In this document: piece after piece, positions 50,125 to 63,190 of the stretch
Layout of the letters: every line of letters starts with the position of its first letter
Position numbering within the stretch: the first letter of the stretch is position 1
Assembly: GCF_006345805.1 (NCBI RefSeq)
Contig: NC_042998.1
Coordinates: 51,274,001-51,338,000, forward strand
Direction: 5' to 3'
Source: Octopus sinensis
Taxonomy: Eukaryota
DNA: 64,000 bases
Program-made: the position numbers and the translations under genes
The notes under the pieces: model-generated
Told to the model about the DNA's origin: nothing
The model's input: only the letters and a program-made list of their open reading frames with translations
Databases searched by the model: none

Positions 50125-50445
50125 CAGGAATGGCCATGGGATTGCACCTAGAAAGTACCCTCCGAGGCACAAGTCCGGACAAGGTTGATTATGGAAGACC
50201 AGCAGTCACCCATGCATACCAGTCTCTCCTCTCCATGCCACTGATGTTATCCAAGGGAAAAGTAAAGGCCCATACAGCTTGGCACTTGTGACATCACAAC
50301 TCATTTCAGCAGCTGAGTGAATTGGACCAATGTGAAATAAAGTGTCTTGCTCAAGAACACAACGGACAGCCTGGTCCAGGAATCAAACACACAACCTCAT
50401 GATCATAAGCTCAATGCTCTAACTATTGAGCCATGCACCTTCACT
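50125..50445 (-). mobile_element. SINE family D
   Basis: Reverse complement of 26616-26950. Confidence 0.85.
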
Positions 50446-51056
50446 GTAAACTAGGTATGACTCACTTTTGCCTGTTGAGTGAATTGAAGCAGCATGGAAT
50501 GAAGTTTCTTGCTCAAAAAAGGAATGAAATTCATGACTACCCTAACTACTAAGCCATGCACCTTCACGTTTTTTGAGAAGTGGGCCGCATGAGACATGGC
50601 TCATCAACAGGCAGGCTACACAACAACAACAAAAAAAACTCAAGGTAATTTTCTGTCAGGTGTGTCAATCAGAAAGTCCCATGGGCTACAGTTAGCCCAT
50701 GACTGCTCTAACCTTCACACTAATCCTAATAACTGAGAGATTCATAATGACCCTGATGTAACAAAGGGAAGTTTTGTTATTTAATATTTTCACCACTTGA
50801 GAGGACCACTCAAAGAACTATAACTCTACCAGATGCTAGCCATATAACTAGAAATCAAAATTGTTTCTCCCTTTTTACTCAGCAACAATCAGAGCAAATT
50901 GTTTTGATTCTCTCTTTTCTTGGCAATTGCAATCAATGCAGGTTGCTCTTTGTTCTGTCTTGAGAAGTAGAAATAATCTTTACCCCGTTGTTGTCCTGAA
51001 CTCAATAAAAGACATATTTTAAATGAACGACCCACCAAATTGCAAGATCTATTTCC

Positions 51057-51088
<32 letters not shown>

Positions 51089-51224
51089 TGATTTCTTTTA
51101 TTTTTCTCCAGCAACATTTTATGTTTTCACTATCACATTACCAATACGAAATGTATACATAACACAAATGCAAAATTTATAAACTTTTTGAAGTGAACTA
51201 AAGCTAGATAATTATATTGATTTC

Positions 51225-51440
51225 AAATATTGGTACAAAACCGGCAATAATTTCAGGGGAAGGAGTAAGTTGATTACATTGACCCAAGTGGTCAACTGGT
51301 ACTTATTTCATCAACCCCCAAAAGAATAAAAGGCAAAGTCAACCTTGATGGAATTTGAACTCTGAACAAAAAGACAGATGAAATGCTGCTAAGCATTTTA
51401 CCTGGCATGCTAAAAATTCTGAAAGCTCACCACCTTAGCA
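51225..51440 (-). mobile_element. SINE family B
   Basis: GGTACTTATTTCATCAACCCCCAAAAGAATAAAAGGCAAAGTCAACC..GAATTTGAACTC. Confidence 0.8.
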
Positions 51441-52504
51441 CAAGCCTTCATAGTGAGATGAGGTTTACAAATCCTGTCGACAAACTCTAGTGGGCACCTT
51501 AGCTCTTCCAAGATTATCTACAAAGCTTACCTATTCATAGTACCAAAGGCCTTTAGTCGATAGATAACTTCTGTCATTGTTGAAATGTGTTTCGTAATTT
51601 TCTGAACACAAGTAATCGGCATAGAATAATCAGTTGGTTTGAAAAAAAAAAGTAAAACTTATTAGAATTTGTTATCCTTTAGATGAATTTTGATTTCACT
51701 GAATACTTTCTTTTCATTTTTCAAATCCTGATTTATAGCAGTATGTTTTCAAAACTGAGAATTAAATAGATATATAGATAGGCAGATAGATAAGCAGGCA
51801 GGTCAAAAGAAAATTCACTTCACAATTATTATAATTCTAATACAGATGATTTTTATCACCTCACTGCTTACTGAAGGTTGGTTTCATTCATGTGCATATT
51901 ATTAATACTCACATGAATAGGCTGTGTTTTATTATGAATACATTATTGACTATAATAATACTGTATTATTACAGTCAATAATACATTCATAATAACACAA
52001 CTCACTGATTTCATTCATATGTGTCGTATTATTTGTATTAATATAATCATTATATTAACGCAAAATGGGAGCCTGTTTTCATTCATAGCAACAATATGGC
52101 TGAAGGAAAGATACTCTAGGGAACTATTCTGTATACTAAACATGAATATTGTTGGGTCTCGTGTATTCATTACACTGAGATGAAAGCTTGGGATCAAATG
52201 TGATTATCCAAGTAGTTTGAAGAGAAGACAAAAAGAAAAAAACACATCTAGGGGGTGTTTGAGATCTAAAAATAATGTTAATGGGAGATAACTACAGTAA
52301 GATCTGTTGGTTAAAATTTTTGTATGATTACAAAATGCAGACGGATGTAGACCTAATCTTTGAATCTAACAAGTGAAGGCAACAGACATATTTTGTTCTT
52401 ATTAGATCTACTCAGAAGAATATGCTGCTACTCAACTGATAAGATTAAAAGCAATCAATGTATACACACACACAGAGACACACATGTGTATGAACATAGG
52501 TATG

Positions 52505-52536
<32 letters not shown>

Positions 52537-52595
52537 CGTACACATACATATATATCAAAATTGAGGGAATGGGCAGGTAAAATCCAGGCCACATA

Positions 52596-53055
52596 TGTTT
52601 CCTAGCTAGCAGCACCTCAGAAGTACTAATTACTCAATGAAGGGTACTCCACTAGCAACTCATCAGGCCAAAGATACCTTAATTAACTCAGGATCTTTTG
52701 ACAACAATTTAACCTTCATATAACTAAGTTAACTCCAGCCTGATGAATACCTAGTGAAGGTGGTGAGCTGGCAGAATCATTAGCACGCCGGGCAAAATGC
52801 GTAGCCGTAGTTCATCTGCCGTTACGTTCTGAGTTCAAATTCCGCCGAGGTCGACTTTGCCTTTCATCCTTTCGGGGTCGATTAAATAAGTACCAGTTAG
52901 GCACTGGGGTCGATATAATCGACTTAATCCATTTGTCTGTCCTTGTTTGTCCTCTCTGTGTTTAGCCCCTTGTGGGTAGTAAAGAAATAGAATACCTAGT
53001 GGAGTACTCCTCATTGAGTAATTATTATTTCTGAGGTGCTGCTAGCTAGGAAATA
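52596..53055. mobile_element. MITE with ~75-bp TIRs containing a SINE B insertion (52757-52989, 12-bp TSD)
   Basis: TTTCCTAGCTAGCAGCACCTCAGAA..TTACTCAATGA / TCATTGAGTAA..TTCTGAGGTGCTGCTAGCTAGGAAA; TSD GAATACCTAGTG at 52745-52756 and 52990-53001. Confidence 0.85.
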
Positions 53056-53300
53056 TTTGCAGCCTGGATTTTATCTGCTCTGTTCCCTCAATTTTGGACT
53101 TTTATTCACATTCATAACAATCCAAGATGCTAAGAGTGAACTATGAAATAACATTTTTCAGCTTATCAAACTTCGATATGAGAAAAATCTACAACCTTCT
53201 GCACCAATAAACCATTATTGTTCCTGAAAGTTGTTTTTATATCTACTATGAACTGCTTAAATCCTTGGATCTTACAATTACATATCATTATATATATATA

Positions 53301-53683
53301 CTAGCAGTATCACCCGGCGTTGCTTGGGTTTGTAAGGGAAATAACTATATAAGCATTTTTAGAGATGTAAAGTATAATAGCCATCTCAATATGGCTAACC
53401 ACAAAGGAGGGGAGTGTTACTGTAGCCTTTTACGTTCTGAGATTTAATAATACATTTTTAGAGAGTTACTTCCCTTATATATGCCAAAAATGCATTAAAA
53501 ATGGGAAAAAATGATGGTAAATTTTTTTTTTAAATCGTAGACTCATCGTAGACGCGCGCTAATACCCAGAAGGACTCGATATGAATCACGACTATAAGAT
53601 ACCCGGTTTTGGTTACACTGCACCGCAAAATGTGGGAGTAGTTAGGAATCTAAATCGTAGGAGACAGACACCACCCAACCTCA

Positions 53684-53695
<12 letters not shown>
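53301..53695 (-). mobile_element. Non-autonomous Helitron-like element, second copy
   Basis: CTAG at 53301-53304 with hairpin CCCGGCGTTGCTTGGG; body matches 19912-20293; 5' end merges into (TA)n. Confidence 0.85.
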
Positions 53696-53739
<44 letters not shown>

Positions 53740-53744
53740 TCCCC

Positions 53745-54600
53745 ATCATCATCGTCATCATTTAACATCCACTTCCATGCTGACATGGGTTGGACAGTTT
53801 GACTGAGGACTAGCAAGCCAGGTTTCTACAGCTGGATGCCCTTCCTAACATTAACCACTCTGAGTGTGTAGTGGGTGCTTTTTAAATGCCACTAGCATGA
53901 GGGCCAGTTAAGCGGTACTGGCATTGACAATGCTTGAATGGTGCTCTTTATGTTCCACCAACATGGGAGCCAGTCAGGTGGCGCTGGCAATGACCACGCT
54001 TGACGGTGCTTTTTACATACCCCTGGCACAGGACTAGTCAGGCAGCACTGGCATCAATCACACTTGAATGATGGTGCTTTTTATGTGCCACTGGCACGGG
54101 TGCCAGTTAGACACAACAATGACTTCACTTGACTCAACAGGTCTTCACAACCACAGTTTATTGTCCAATGATTGAAGTTTACGCTTAAATGGGTCGGTTA
54201 TGGCATAGGCCATGATTATGGTCTCATTTGGCCTGCCAGGTCTTCTCAAGCACAGCATATCTCCAAAATTCTCGGTCAATCATCATCGCCTCCATGAGGC
54301 CCAACGTTTGAAGTCATGCTTCCCCACCTCATCCCAGGTCTACCTGCGGCTACCTCTTCCAGAGGTTCCCTCTACTGCTAGGGTGTGACACTTTTCACAC
54401 AGCTGTCCTCATCCATATGCAACACATGACCATACCAGTGCAGTTTTCTCTCTTGCACACCACATCTGATGCTTATTATGTCCAACTTTTCTCTTAGAGC
54501 ACTTACACTCTGATGTGTACGCACACTGACATTACACATCCAGCAGAGCATACTGGCTTCATTCCTTGCAAGCTTACACATGTCCTCAACAGTCACAGGC
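53745..54600 (-). mobile_element. RTE LINE 3' fragment: ORF C-terminus, 3' UTR (family C) and (GAT)n tail
   Basis: EASMLCWMCNV..LREKLDI..KLHWYGHVLHMDEDSCVKS is the RTE LRWYGHV motif; the sequence continues into family C modules and the tail. Confidence 0.88.
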
Positions 54601-55245
54601 TATGGAACCTGGTGTAGCTCCTGGCCTTGCCAGCTCCTGTCAAACCATTTAATCCATGCCTGTATGGAAACCAGATGTTAACTGACAATAATGATGATGA
54701 TATATATATATATGAGAGAACACTAAAGGTAGGTTGAAAGTGGATGGAGTGGAAAGCAGGAACACAAAACACAAGAAGTTAAGACATATATGCATAAGTG
54801 ACAAAGGATAGGTTTTCAGGTTGAATATGAATCATTTTTGCATTTTCAAATATCTGGTAAGCCATAGTGTTGGAAAATACTGCAGACATAAATGAGTAAC
54901 TGGACTAGTTAAAGTAATGGGTCACGGTTAAGATAACCTGTAAGCAGTTATGATATCAAAGTGATGTTTACAGAACTGGTTATCGACACTGCACCCAGTA
55001 TTATTTATATAAGAATATTTCTTCATAAAGAACTCATTTCAGCTTGTCTTAACACATTTAAGCTGAATGAGAAATCAAATTGCCATATTTTCTCCAAGTT
55101 CCCCTTTCTATATATGTCTTTCTGTTTACCTCAGGCCATTGTATATTCTTATGGCATATACTCAGAAGGAACTTTAATTTCAGAATATATATTTAATATC
55201 ATTTTACAATATTGAATTTACACATAAGCCTTTACAAATACGGAC

Positions 55246-55301
<56 letters not shown>

Positions 55302-56784
55302 CATAGAAGAGACCAAAGTGTACATATGCCACTATATTTTTATATATAAAAAATACAAAAATGGAACAATAACGCAAAACATCCAGACAGATTATACAAA
55401 GTAAACAAGGACAGATTATTCGGAGTTTTCTTTCCTCAGGTGAGTTCCAGATTATCTTTGCAATTTCGACTGGTTATACTCGAGATTGCTCCAATCTGAT
55501 GAGCCTCAAGGAAAAACTAAGCTAAGAGCATTAGATTCCTTGGAAGAAAGCAGTAAATGTATATGTAAACAAGGATGAGAAAAAAACGGAGAAATGTTAC
55601 ACAAATACAAATGCAAATAACAGGACATAACAACAGGTGTCTTGCGACTAAGGACGAATTAAATTAAGCTGGCGTGTGTGGAAGTAAAGCCTTACAGCAG
55701 AGACATAAAATTTGACACACATACACACACATTTTCTAAGATATATTTAGGCAAACCTTACTTACAATTTGATATTTGCTGTTTTTCTCATGTACTTCGG
55801 TTTAATTCAGCCCAGTACTTTGCCAATTTTTTTAATAAATACATGCTGTTTAATTACTTTGAATTACACTGATACTACACCAAAAGATATCTATACTTTT
55901 GATTGTGTGCAGAAACTAAAAGAGAACTATTTTAAGTAATTTATTATTATCTTAGTGCATTCATGTTTTCTACAGCTAAACATTATCAATAACAGTGATA
56001 AAAAAATGTGAGTTTTTGAATCTTTTACATACAACATAGAATACTTAATTGTAACTGAATTTTAATTTTAACTCTGTGCTTTAAAATGAATACTGATTAC
56101 TATTTCTGAACAGAAAAATAAAGTGAGAGAAATTGCTCAGCTACTCTACTATCAGCAGGGGTAGGGAAAAGGGGAAGAATAAGGGGAAGCAATAATTCAT
56201 TATCACTATAGACCTCTGCTTCATTTCCTACTTAAAATGATAGCTAACAATCTTGAATTTGTTGGCTCTGGCATTCATTCTTCTAGAGTTAATAAATTAT
56301 CCATAGCAGTAGTATACTGAGGAAGTTTTTTTAGCTATCAGTTCATTTGACTACAAATGTGGCCAGTCAGAAGACATCAGTGTTATTACACAATCAAAGA
56401 AACACATATGATATCTATCCTCTTCCAGAAACTGGTGAACTCTTTTGACAAAGCTGTCCTGATGATGTCTGGCAACTTATTTCCTCTGCATTAACACACA
56501 ATTGGCACCATTTCAATTCATTCAGAAAAATCTACTTGATTGAATTGAACTAAATTGGATTTATTCTTACAAAATATTTCCCTCTCTTCTTATTGAAGAA
56601 TATGTTACCACCTCTTTTTCCCTATTTGGCTTATCAGTGTGTATGTTGCTCTATTCATCAGGTTGTATTAATAGTAATCTGATTTTTAAGTTACAATCTT
56701 CAACTGAGATATATTTGTACTACCTGTTAGTTGGCAGTCCTGCTCTGTGTAATAAAGAAAAAATCATGTTTTCACTGTAGTTAA

Positions 56785-57102
56785 GACACCCGTGCCGGTG
56801 ACATATAAAAAGCACAGTCCGAACGTTGCAGATACTAGCGTCGCCTGACTGGCGTCCGTGTTGGTAACACATAAAAGCACCAACTGATCGTGGCCGTTTG
56901 TCAGCCTGCTCTGGCTCCTGTGCCGGTGGCACGTAAAAAACACCCACTACACTCATGGAGTGGTTGGTGTTAGGAAGGGCATCTAGCTGTAGAAACACTG
57001 CCAAATCAGTGCAGCCTCCATGGCTTACCAGACCCCGGTCGAACCGTCCAACCTATGCTAGCATGGAAAACGGACGTTAAATGATGATGATGATGATGAT
57101 GA
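56785..57102 (+). mobile_element. RTE 3' end (family C)
   Basis: Three TAAAAAGCAC modules and a (GAT)n tail. Confidence 0.8.
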
Positions 57103-57532
57103 TACATATATACAAGGTTGATAGCATGCCTGGTCAGGGAGTGACCATTGGTTTCGTACAAATAAAGCACTTAGCTGTATGGCTGACTCATCTCATCAAA
57201 CTCAAAAGATTTTGAGTGTAACAAGTTACCTATAGAGCTAAACACTTTATAGCATTCAAACTAGCTGTATCTGGCCCAAATATTCTATCTGTGTTTTTGT
57301 TCAAACTGGCCATATCCAGCTTCTCACACCTACCCTACATTGTCATTCTAAATATAAACAATCCTACCATTGAAATCTCAAAGCTATGACATAATTCATG
57401 ATTAATTAATTCAAAACAATGTGAATAAATAAGAATGCCAAAACAGACACAGAAGTCTGGTGCACTCTTCTGTCTGGTCAGCTTCTGTCAAACTGTCTAA
57501 TCCATGCCAGCATGGAAGGTGGACATTAAACA

Positions 57533-57564
<32 letters not shown>

Positions 57565-57723
57565 GTGGTGGTGGTGGTAATGATGATGAGGAGGAGGAGG
57601 AGGATGGTGGGGGTGATGATGATGATGATGAGGAGGAGGAGGAGGAGGATGGTGATGGCGATGATGGTGATGATGGTGATGGTGATGATGATGAGGAGGA
57701 GGAGGATGGTGGTGATGATGATG

Positions 57724-57755
<32 letters not shown>
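57533..57755. repeat. (GAT)/(GGT)/(GAG) trinucleotide mosaic
   Basis: Directly visible; expanded tail of a family C end (57470-57540). Confidence 0.9.
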
Positions 57756-57784
57756 ATATTTGAAGAAAGTAATCTGAATGCTAA

Positions 57785-58215
57785 ATTATTAAGCCCCATT
57801 TCACAGACATTTTCAGCATCTCTGCTACTCTTCCCAATGGATCACCTGCTTCCCAAGTTTTCATATCATTAATGACTATTTCAACCATTTAACTGTTCAC
57901 CTCAGTAGTTGATCTCTGTTGGATATGCTTGGGTAAGTTCCTTGAACTCATTCTTCACATTCAGCAACCTCTCATAGTAACATTTTCCTAACATCAATAA
58001 AGTTAAGTGGGTCACTGTAGTTTTGAACACATTTATCCTAAACAGAATCCTTATTCTCTCTGACTCTCTGCTTTGCAATCTGAAACAATTCTTACTTCTA
58101 ATTCACTCAATGTATAGCATTGACAAACCTCCAAACTTCTCATCCTGCTACATGTATTGTTCATTGCTATCTTCTTTTTCCATTCTTTCCACATCTGTCT
58201 TTTAGCTTTTATGAC
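57785..58215 (-). pseudogene. Decayed RTE LINE internal fragment (EN-RT linker)
   Basis: DKVIKAKRQMWKEWK..YERLLNVKNE..VINDMKT..AEMLK match RTE ORF motifs. Confidence 0.7.
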
Positions 58216-58300
58216 TTTATCCATATTATTATCATAATGAAGTATTTTAAGCAATTTAGTTATTATATATAATGATATCTATCCCTATATAGTATTTCTT

Positions 58301-59020
58301 CTGTGGTTCTCAATCACTTTTTGCCTCTGGACCCCTTTGATCCCTATTTTACTCAACTGGACCACTATAGTTATTCATCATCATCATTATAATCATTTAA
58401 TGTCCACTTTCCATGCAAGCATGGGTTGGACGATTTGACTGAGGACTGGTGAACCAGATGGCTGCACCAGGCTCCAATCTTGATCTGGCAGAATTTCTAC
58501 AGCTGGATGCCCTTTCTAATGCCAACCACTCCGAGAGTGTAGTGGGTGCTTTTATGTGCCACCTGCACAGGAGCCAGTTCAGCGGCACTGGCAATGACCT
58601 CGCTCGAATGTTTTTTCACGTGCCAGTAAGGTGATGCCGGTAACAATCACACTCGAATGGTGCTTTTTAGGTGCCACCAGCACGGAAGCCAGTTTGCTGC
58701 TCTGGCAATGATCACACTTGGATAGTGCTCTAACGCTCCACTAGCATGGATGCCAGTCATCAAATTTGATTTCAATTTCACTTGCCTCAACAGGTTTTCA
58801 CAAGCAGAGTTTAATTTCATTTGATTTCGATTTCCATTCAGTGTTTAAAAATGTCCTATAATATTTTTTCTAATTAAATATTATTTGGAATTGTATTAAA
58901 AAATTCTTTAAATATTTTTGTATATTGTAATAGTATAACCTATTTATTGCAGATTAATTTTAACCACAAAATCTTATACAGACCCCCAAGGGTCATGTGA
59001 ACCCAGGTTGAGAACCACTG
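58301..59020. mobile_element. hAT/Charlie-like MITE with nested RTE 3' end (58375-58810, minus)
   Basis: Ends CTGTGGTTCTCAATC and GGTTGAGAACCACTG resemble CAGTGGTTCTCAACC TIRs; no clean 8-bp TSD found. Confidence 0.5.
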
Positions 59021-59743
59021 CTATCTAGAACCTAGTTCCTACCACATATCTGATCCTAAGTTTTCAGCAGGTCATCTATCTAGTAAATGCACCTATTGGT
59101 TTTCTATGTCATACATCTTTATCTTCTCTTATTTCATATCATATACATGCTGGCTAAAGAATGAAATTTGCGCAGGGGGTGCAAACCCAGGTACAAAATT
59201 TTTCACAAACATGGACTTGTTTTTTTATTTATTTTTGTTCTTTGTTCTTTGAGAAGAAACCTAACTTCAAGCTATTTCTTACTATTTGTTAAACCTGTGA
59301 AAAGTAAGTAGGGGTGTAAATTTTGATGTTGCACCCCTAAAATACTTTAGGCAGTGCACTTGCAACCCCTGTTCCTCAGTCCAAGCACATACATCACCTA
59401 CAACCTTACTGGACCTGTTTGTTTAACTGAAGGATTTCTGAATTTCGATACCTTTCTTTCCCAGTTGGTTTTTGTCTCTTAGGCTGCGTAGACCTTACTC
59501 ATAGGCCACTAATCACATTATATTCATAATCTTCTTTTATAAAAAAAAAATAAAGTTACAATTTATAATGTATATATTCAGAAAATTATGTTGAAGACGA
59601 TGTGTGTAGAGCATTATATTTGTCATGTCATACAGCATTTATTCAAATACAGTTGTATTCACATGAGATCCTTTACATTCAGAAGTCTTATTCAAATGAA
59701 GAACCAAGCTGTTACATCAAACTAGTAGCTATCATAAATAAAT

Positions 59744-60154
59744 TCAGTCATGTGAAAACACACAAAATGCATGCAATGATATTACCATGACAATGACATG
59801 GCATCTCCTGGAAACGAATTGGTTTAATTCCTTTCGTGATTCAGGAACTACATCTAACACTATTATGTTTGTTTCTGTATCAGTTATCAAATCAAAATTT
59901 TTATTAATAGAGTCTGGAATGTCATTCAAATCTTAAGGAACTGATATTTTGTTCAATATCAATATTTGTGTCATTGTTTATTTGATCAGTATTAGATATT
60001 ATACCCTGTTCACCTTTAAGAGTCACAGCTGTATTATTTCCTGCTTGAAATATAAATTTAACTTTATGTAGTTTGCAATTTCTTCTGCATTGATACCAAA
60101 CAGGAGCTTTGGTTTCATAGGACATTGTTATCATCATCATCATCATCATCATCA

Positions 60155-60193
<39 letters not shown>

Positions 60194-60640
60194 TATTATT
60201 ATTATTATTATTATTATTGATATTGGTGATTTTATTTGTTTGTCTATCAAAGCAGATAGACTAAGAAGTCTTCCTAGGTAAGGCATTTTTGAAATACTCA
60301 AAAGCATGTGATCCAAACATGCATTAATGGAACCATTATTTGGTGGATATATTTCAAACTTTTTTTTAACACTTGTAGCTATTCTTTCAGAAATTTGATT
60401 TGATTCTGACTGATATAAAGGAATTTTGTAAGTTTACATCCAAATTTATCAAGCCATGCACACAAGATATTATTATAAATTCAGAGGCAGTGTCAGATGC
60501 TATTGTTTCTGGAACACCAATTTTTGGCAAGCACAGTTCTTAATACCATTTAATGTTTCTGTTTTTTTATGCCTGACTTTTATCACTTCTGGCCATCCAG
60601 AAGTCCACTATTCTTGACATAAGCATGATCCATATACACA
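59744..60640 (-). pseudogene. Ty3/Gypsy integrase remnant split by a (CAT)/(TAT) microsatellite
   Basis: IVD-SGWPEVIKV and RTVLAKIGVPETIASDTASEF match the integrase core VDxxSxWPEV and FGxPxxxxSDNGxxF; sequence after 60128 is a coding-like continuation. Confidence 0.7.
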
Positions 60641-60724
60641 TGTATCCATACTTATTTTCTTTAGGCCATGTATGTACATGTATGTACAGTTTTATTCTAG
60701 TACATGTCAGACATGTTTTTACAT

Positions 60725-60921
60725 GTGAGGTGGGTGCTGAAAGATTCCTGGATTTGGATAAAAGAAAATACAGTAGGATCAGTTAATTATGATTTTATTC
60801 AGCATGTTCACCTCTCAGATTCACACACTTATTGCAGCAGCCCTTCATTTTTTTCTAAGACCCGTAACAGAAAACTGAAGCTTGACACCCTTAAAGCCAA
60901 GAACATTTCAGCAGCCCCTCA
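60725..60921. mobile_element. mariner-like MITE, second copy
   Basis: Aligns with 22076-22295 (AAAAGAAAATACAG..GATCAGTTAATTATGATTTTATTC). Confidence 0.75.
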
Positions 60922-61675
60922 TATATATACATATATACTGGCGTTAGGAAGGGCATCCAGCTGTAGAAACATTGCCAGATTAGACTGGAGCCTGGTGCAG
61001 CCTTCTGGCTCCCCAGAACCCCGGTCGAACCGTCCAACCCATGCTAGCATGGAGAACGGACGTTAAACGATGATGATGATGATGATACTAAATCCACTCA
61101 CAAAGCTTTGGTCGGCCTGAGGTTATAGTAGAAGACACTTGCCCAAGGTGCCATGCAATGGGATTGAACCTGGAACCATGTGGTTGGTAAGCAAGCTACT
61201 TACCACACAGCCACTCCTACACTTATACTGTATTATATTCTTGAGCAAAATACTTCAATTCATATTGCTCCAGTCCACTCAGCTGTAAATGAGTGGTTCT
61301 GCAATGGACTGGGAATGTCATGATCTCAGTTACTAACACACCAAGGAAACTAGGTAACAGGCCCAATGAATCTGAGGACTTAAGACAGTACTTGTCTTTT
61401 ACTATGTCATATGTAATGTTGTGAGTTTCATCTATCATTAATGCTTTTGACAAATATAACACAAGATAACTATCTTGTGAAATCGCTCACATGATCCTTT
61501 CCCCAGTATCATTTAACACTTTAGCATTTGGATTACCCTGTTAAATATGATGCTTATTTATTCACAGTCAAAATTAAGTTTACTCAGTTCCTGTGTCACA
61601 AGAACACACATGCACAGAACCAAATATATTCAGTTCCTGTGAAGTAAGACCATACAACTTGCCAAAGCTTCCCTT

Positions 61676-62240
61676 TCAATATTTGAGTATTTTAGGTTGT
61701 GAGCTAGCAGAATTGTTAGCATGCTGGACAAAATACTTAGCAGCATTTTATCCATCTCTATATCCTGAGTTCAAATTCTACAGAGGTTGACTTTGCTTTT
61801 CATTTTTTCGGGGTCAATAAAATAAGTACCAGTTGAGCACTGGGTTGATCTAATTGATTTAGTCCCTTCTTTGAAATTTCTGGCCTTGTGCCAAAATTCG
61901 AGAGCAATATTTGAGTATCTTAAGGCAGCAGGCTGGCAGAATTCTTACCATGCTAGAAAAAATTGCTTAGCAGCATTTCTTCCAAATTTGTATTCTGAGT
62001 TCAAATAATAATGAGGTCAACTTTGCCTTTCATCCTTTTGCTGGCCTTGTGCCAAAATTCGAGAGAAATATTTGAGTATCTTAAGGCAACAGGCTGGCAG
62101 AATTCTTACCATGCTAGAAAAAATTGCTTAGCAGCATTTCTTCCAAATTTGTATTCTGAGTTCAAATACTAATGAAGTCAAATTTGCCTTTAATCATTTT
62201 GCTGACCTTGTGCCAAAATTTGTAACCAATATTTGAGTGT
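61676..62240 (+). repeat. Tandem array of SINE B-derived units (161-bp period)
   Basis: CTG.CCTTGTGCCAAAATT starts at 61880, 62041 and 62202; the first two units are nearly identical. Confidence 0.85.
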
Positions 62241-62338
62241 CTTGCTTCGACTATCATTAATGCTTTTGACAAATATAACACAGGATAACTATCTTGTGAA
62301 AGTATCCCTCACATGGTCTTTTCATCAGGATTATTTAA

Positions 62339-62558
62339 CCCTTTAGCATTCAGGTTACCCTGTCAAATGTGATGCTTACTTATTCACATTGTTTTGAATT
62401 AATCATGCATTATCTTGTAGCTTTGAGACTGATATGATAGTTTATTTTTTAGAATAACATAGTAGCATAGGGGTGAGAGGTTATATAGATATAGCCAGTT
62501 AGAATATAAGACAGGTAGAATATTTAGGCCAAACATAGCCAGTTTGAATACCATAGGG
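62339..62558. mobile_element. piggyBac-like MITE, same family as 49123-49342
   Basis: TTAA at 62335-62338 and 62559-62562; ends CCCTTTAGCATT and ATACCATAGGG. Confidence 0.75.
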
Positions 62559-63060
62559 TTAAGATAAGTTTTTTTCACATCATCATAAATCTGGATCACT
62601 GGCTTCTGTTGCTGGACTGTCTGTGAAATCAGAATATGACATTTACAGTATTACCAGTGGTGATATGCTAACTGAATAATGATCAATAAATCTTCATTAG
62701 AAATTAACAAGCTTGGGGAACAATTCTAATTGCTTATCATTATTTGGCAGTATCATTCAAAATACTTGCTATTAAATAATGATCTGGTGATAGCCTTATC
62801 TTTGTTAGTCTATATGTAAGATAAAAAGACAAAGAAAAAAAAGATAAATCATCAGTTTCTAATATCTAGCTCTATTGATCACCGAAGCATGATTAATCCA
62901 GCTGTTTTATTATGAACTTGTCGATATTGATATGGAGATTTTCAGCAGTTTTAGCAAATATGTATATGCATACAAATACATGCACATATGAATGCATGTG
63001 TATGCATGCACGTGCATGTGCACATTCACACACACGTGCACATGCACATGTGCACACACA

Positions 63061-63190
<130 letters not shown>

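Noticed and set aside
55400-55520. Possible fourth hammerhead: minus strand CTGAGGA-AAGAAAACTCC-GAAT-AATCT-GTC, and plus strand CTGATGAGCCTCAAGGAAA
   Set aside because: A15.1 and the G10.1-C11.1 pair are missing and stem I does not pair; the plus-strand match has no stem II. Only a family consensus could rescue it.
55976-56434. Three plus-strand mini-exon candidates (LNIINNSDKK; KNKVREIAQLLYYQQ; ..TYDIYPLPETG)
   Set aside because: Phases are incompatible when joined. YPLPETGELF may instead be a decayed Gypsy RT motif, but it is too weak to call.
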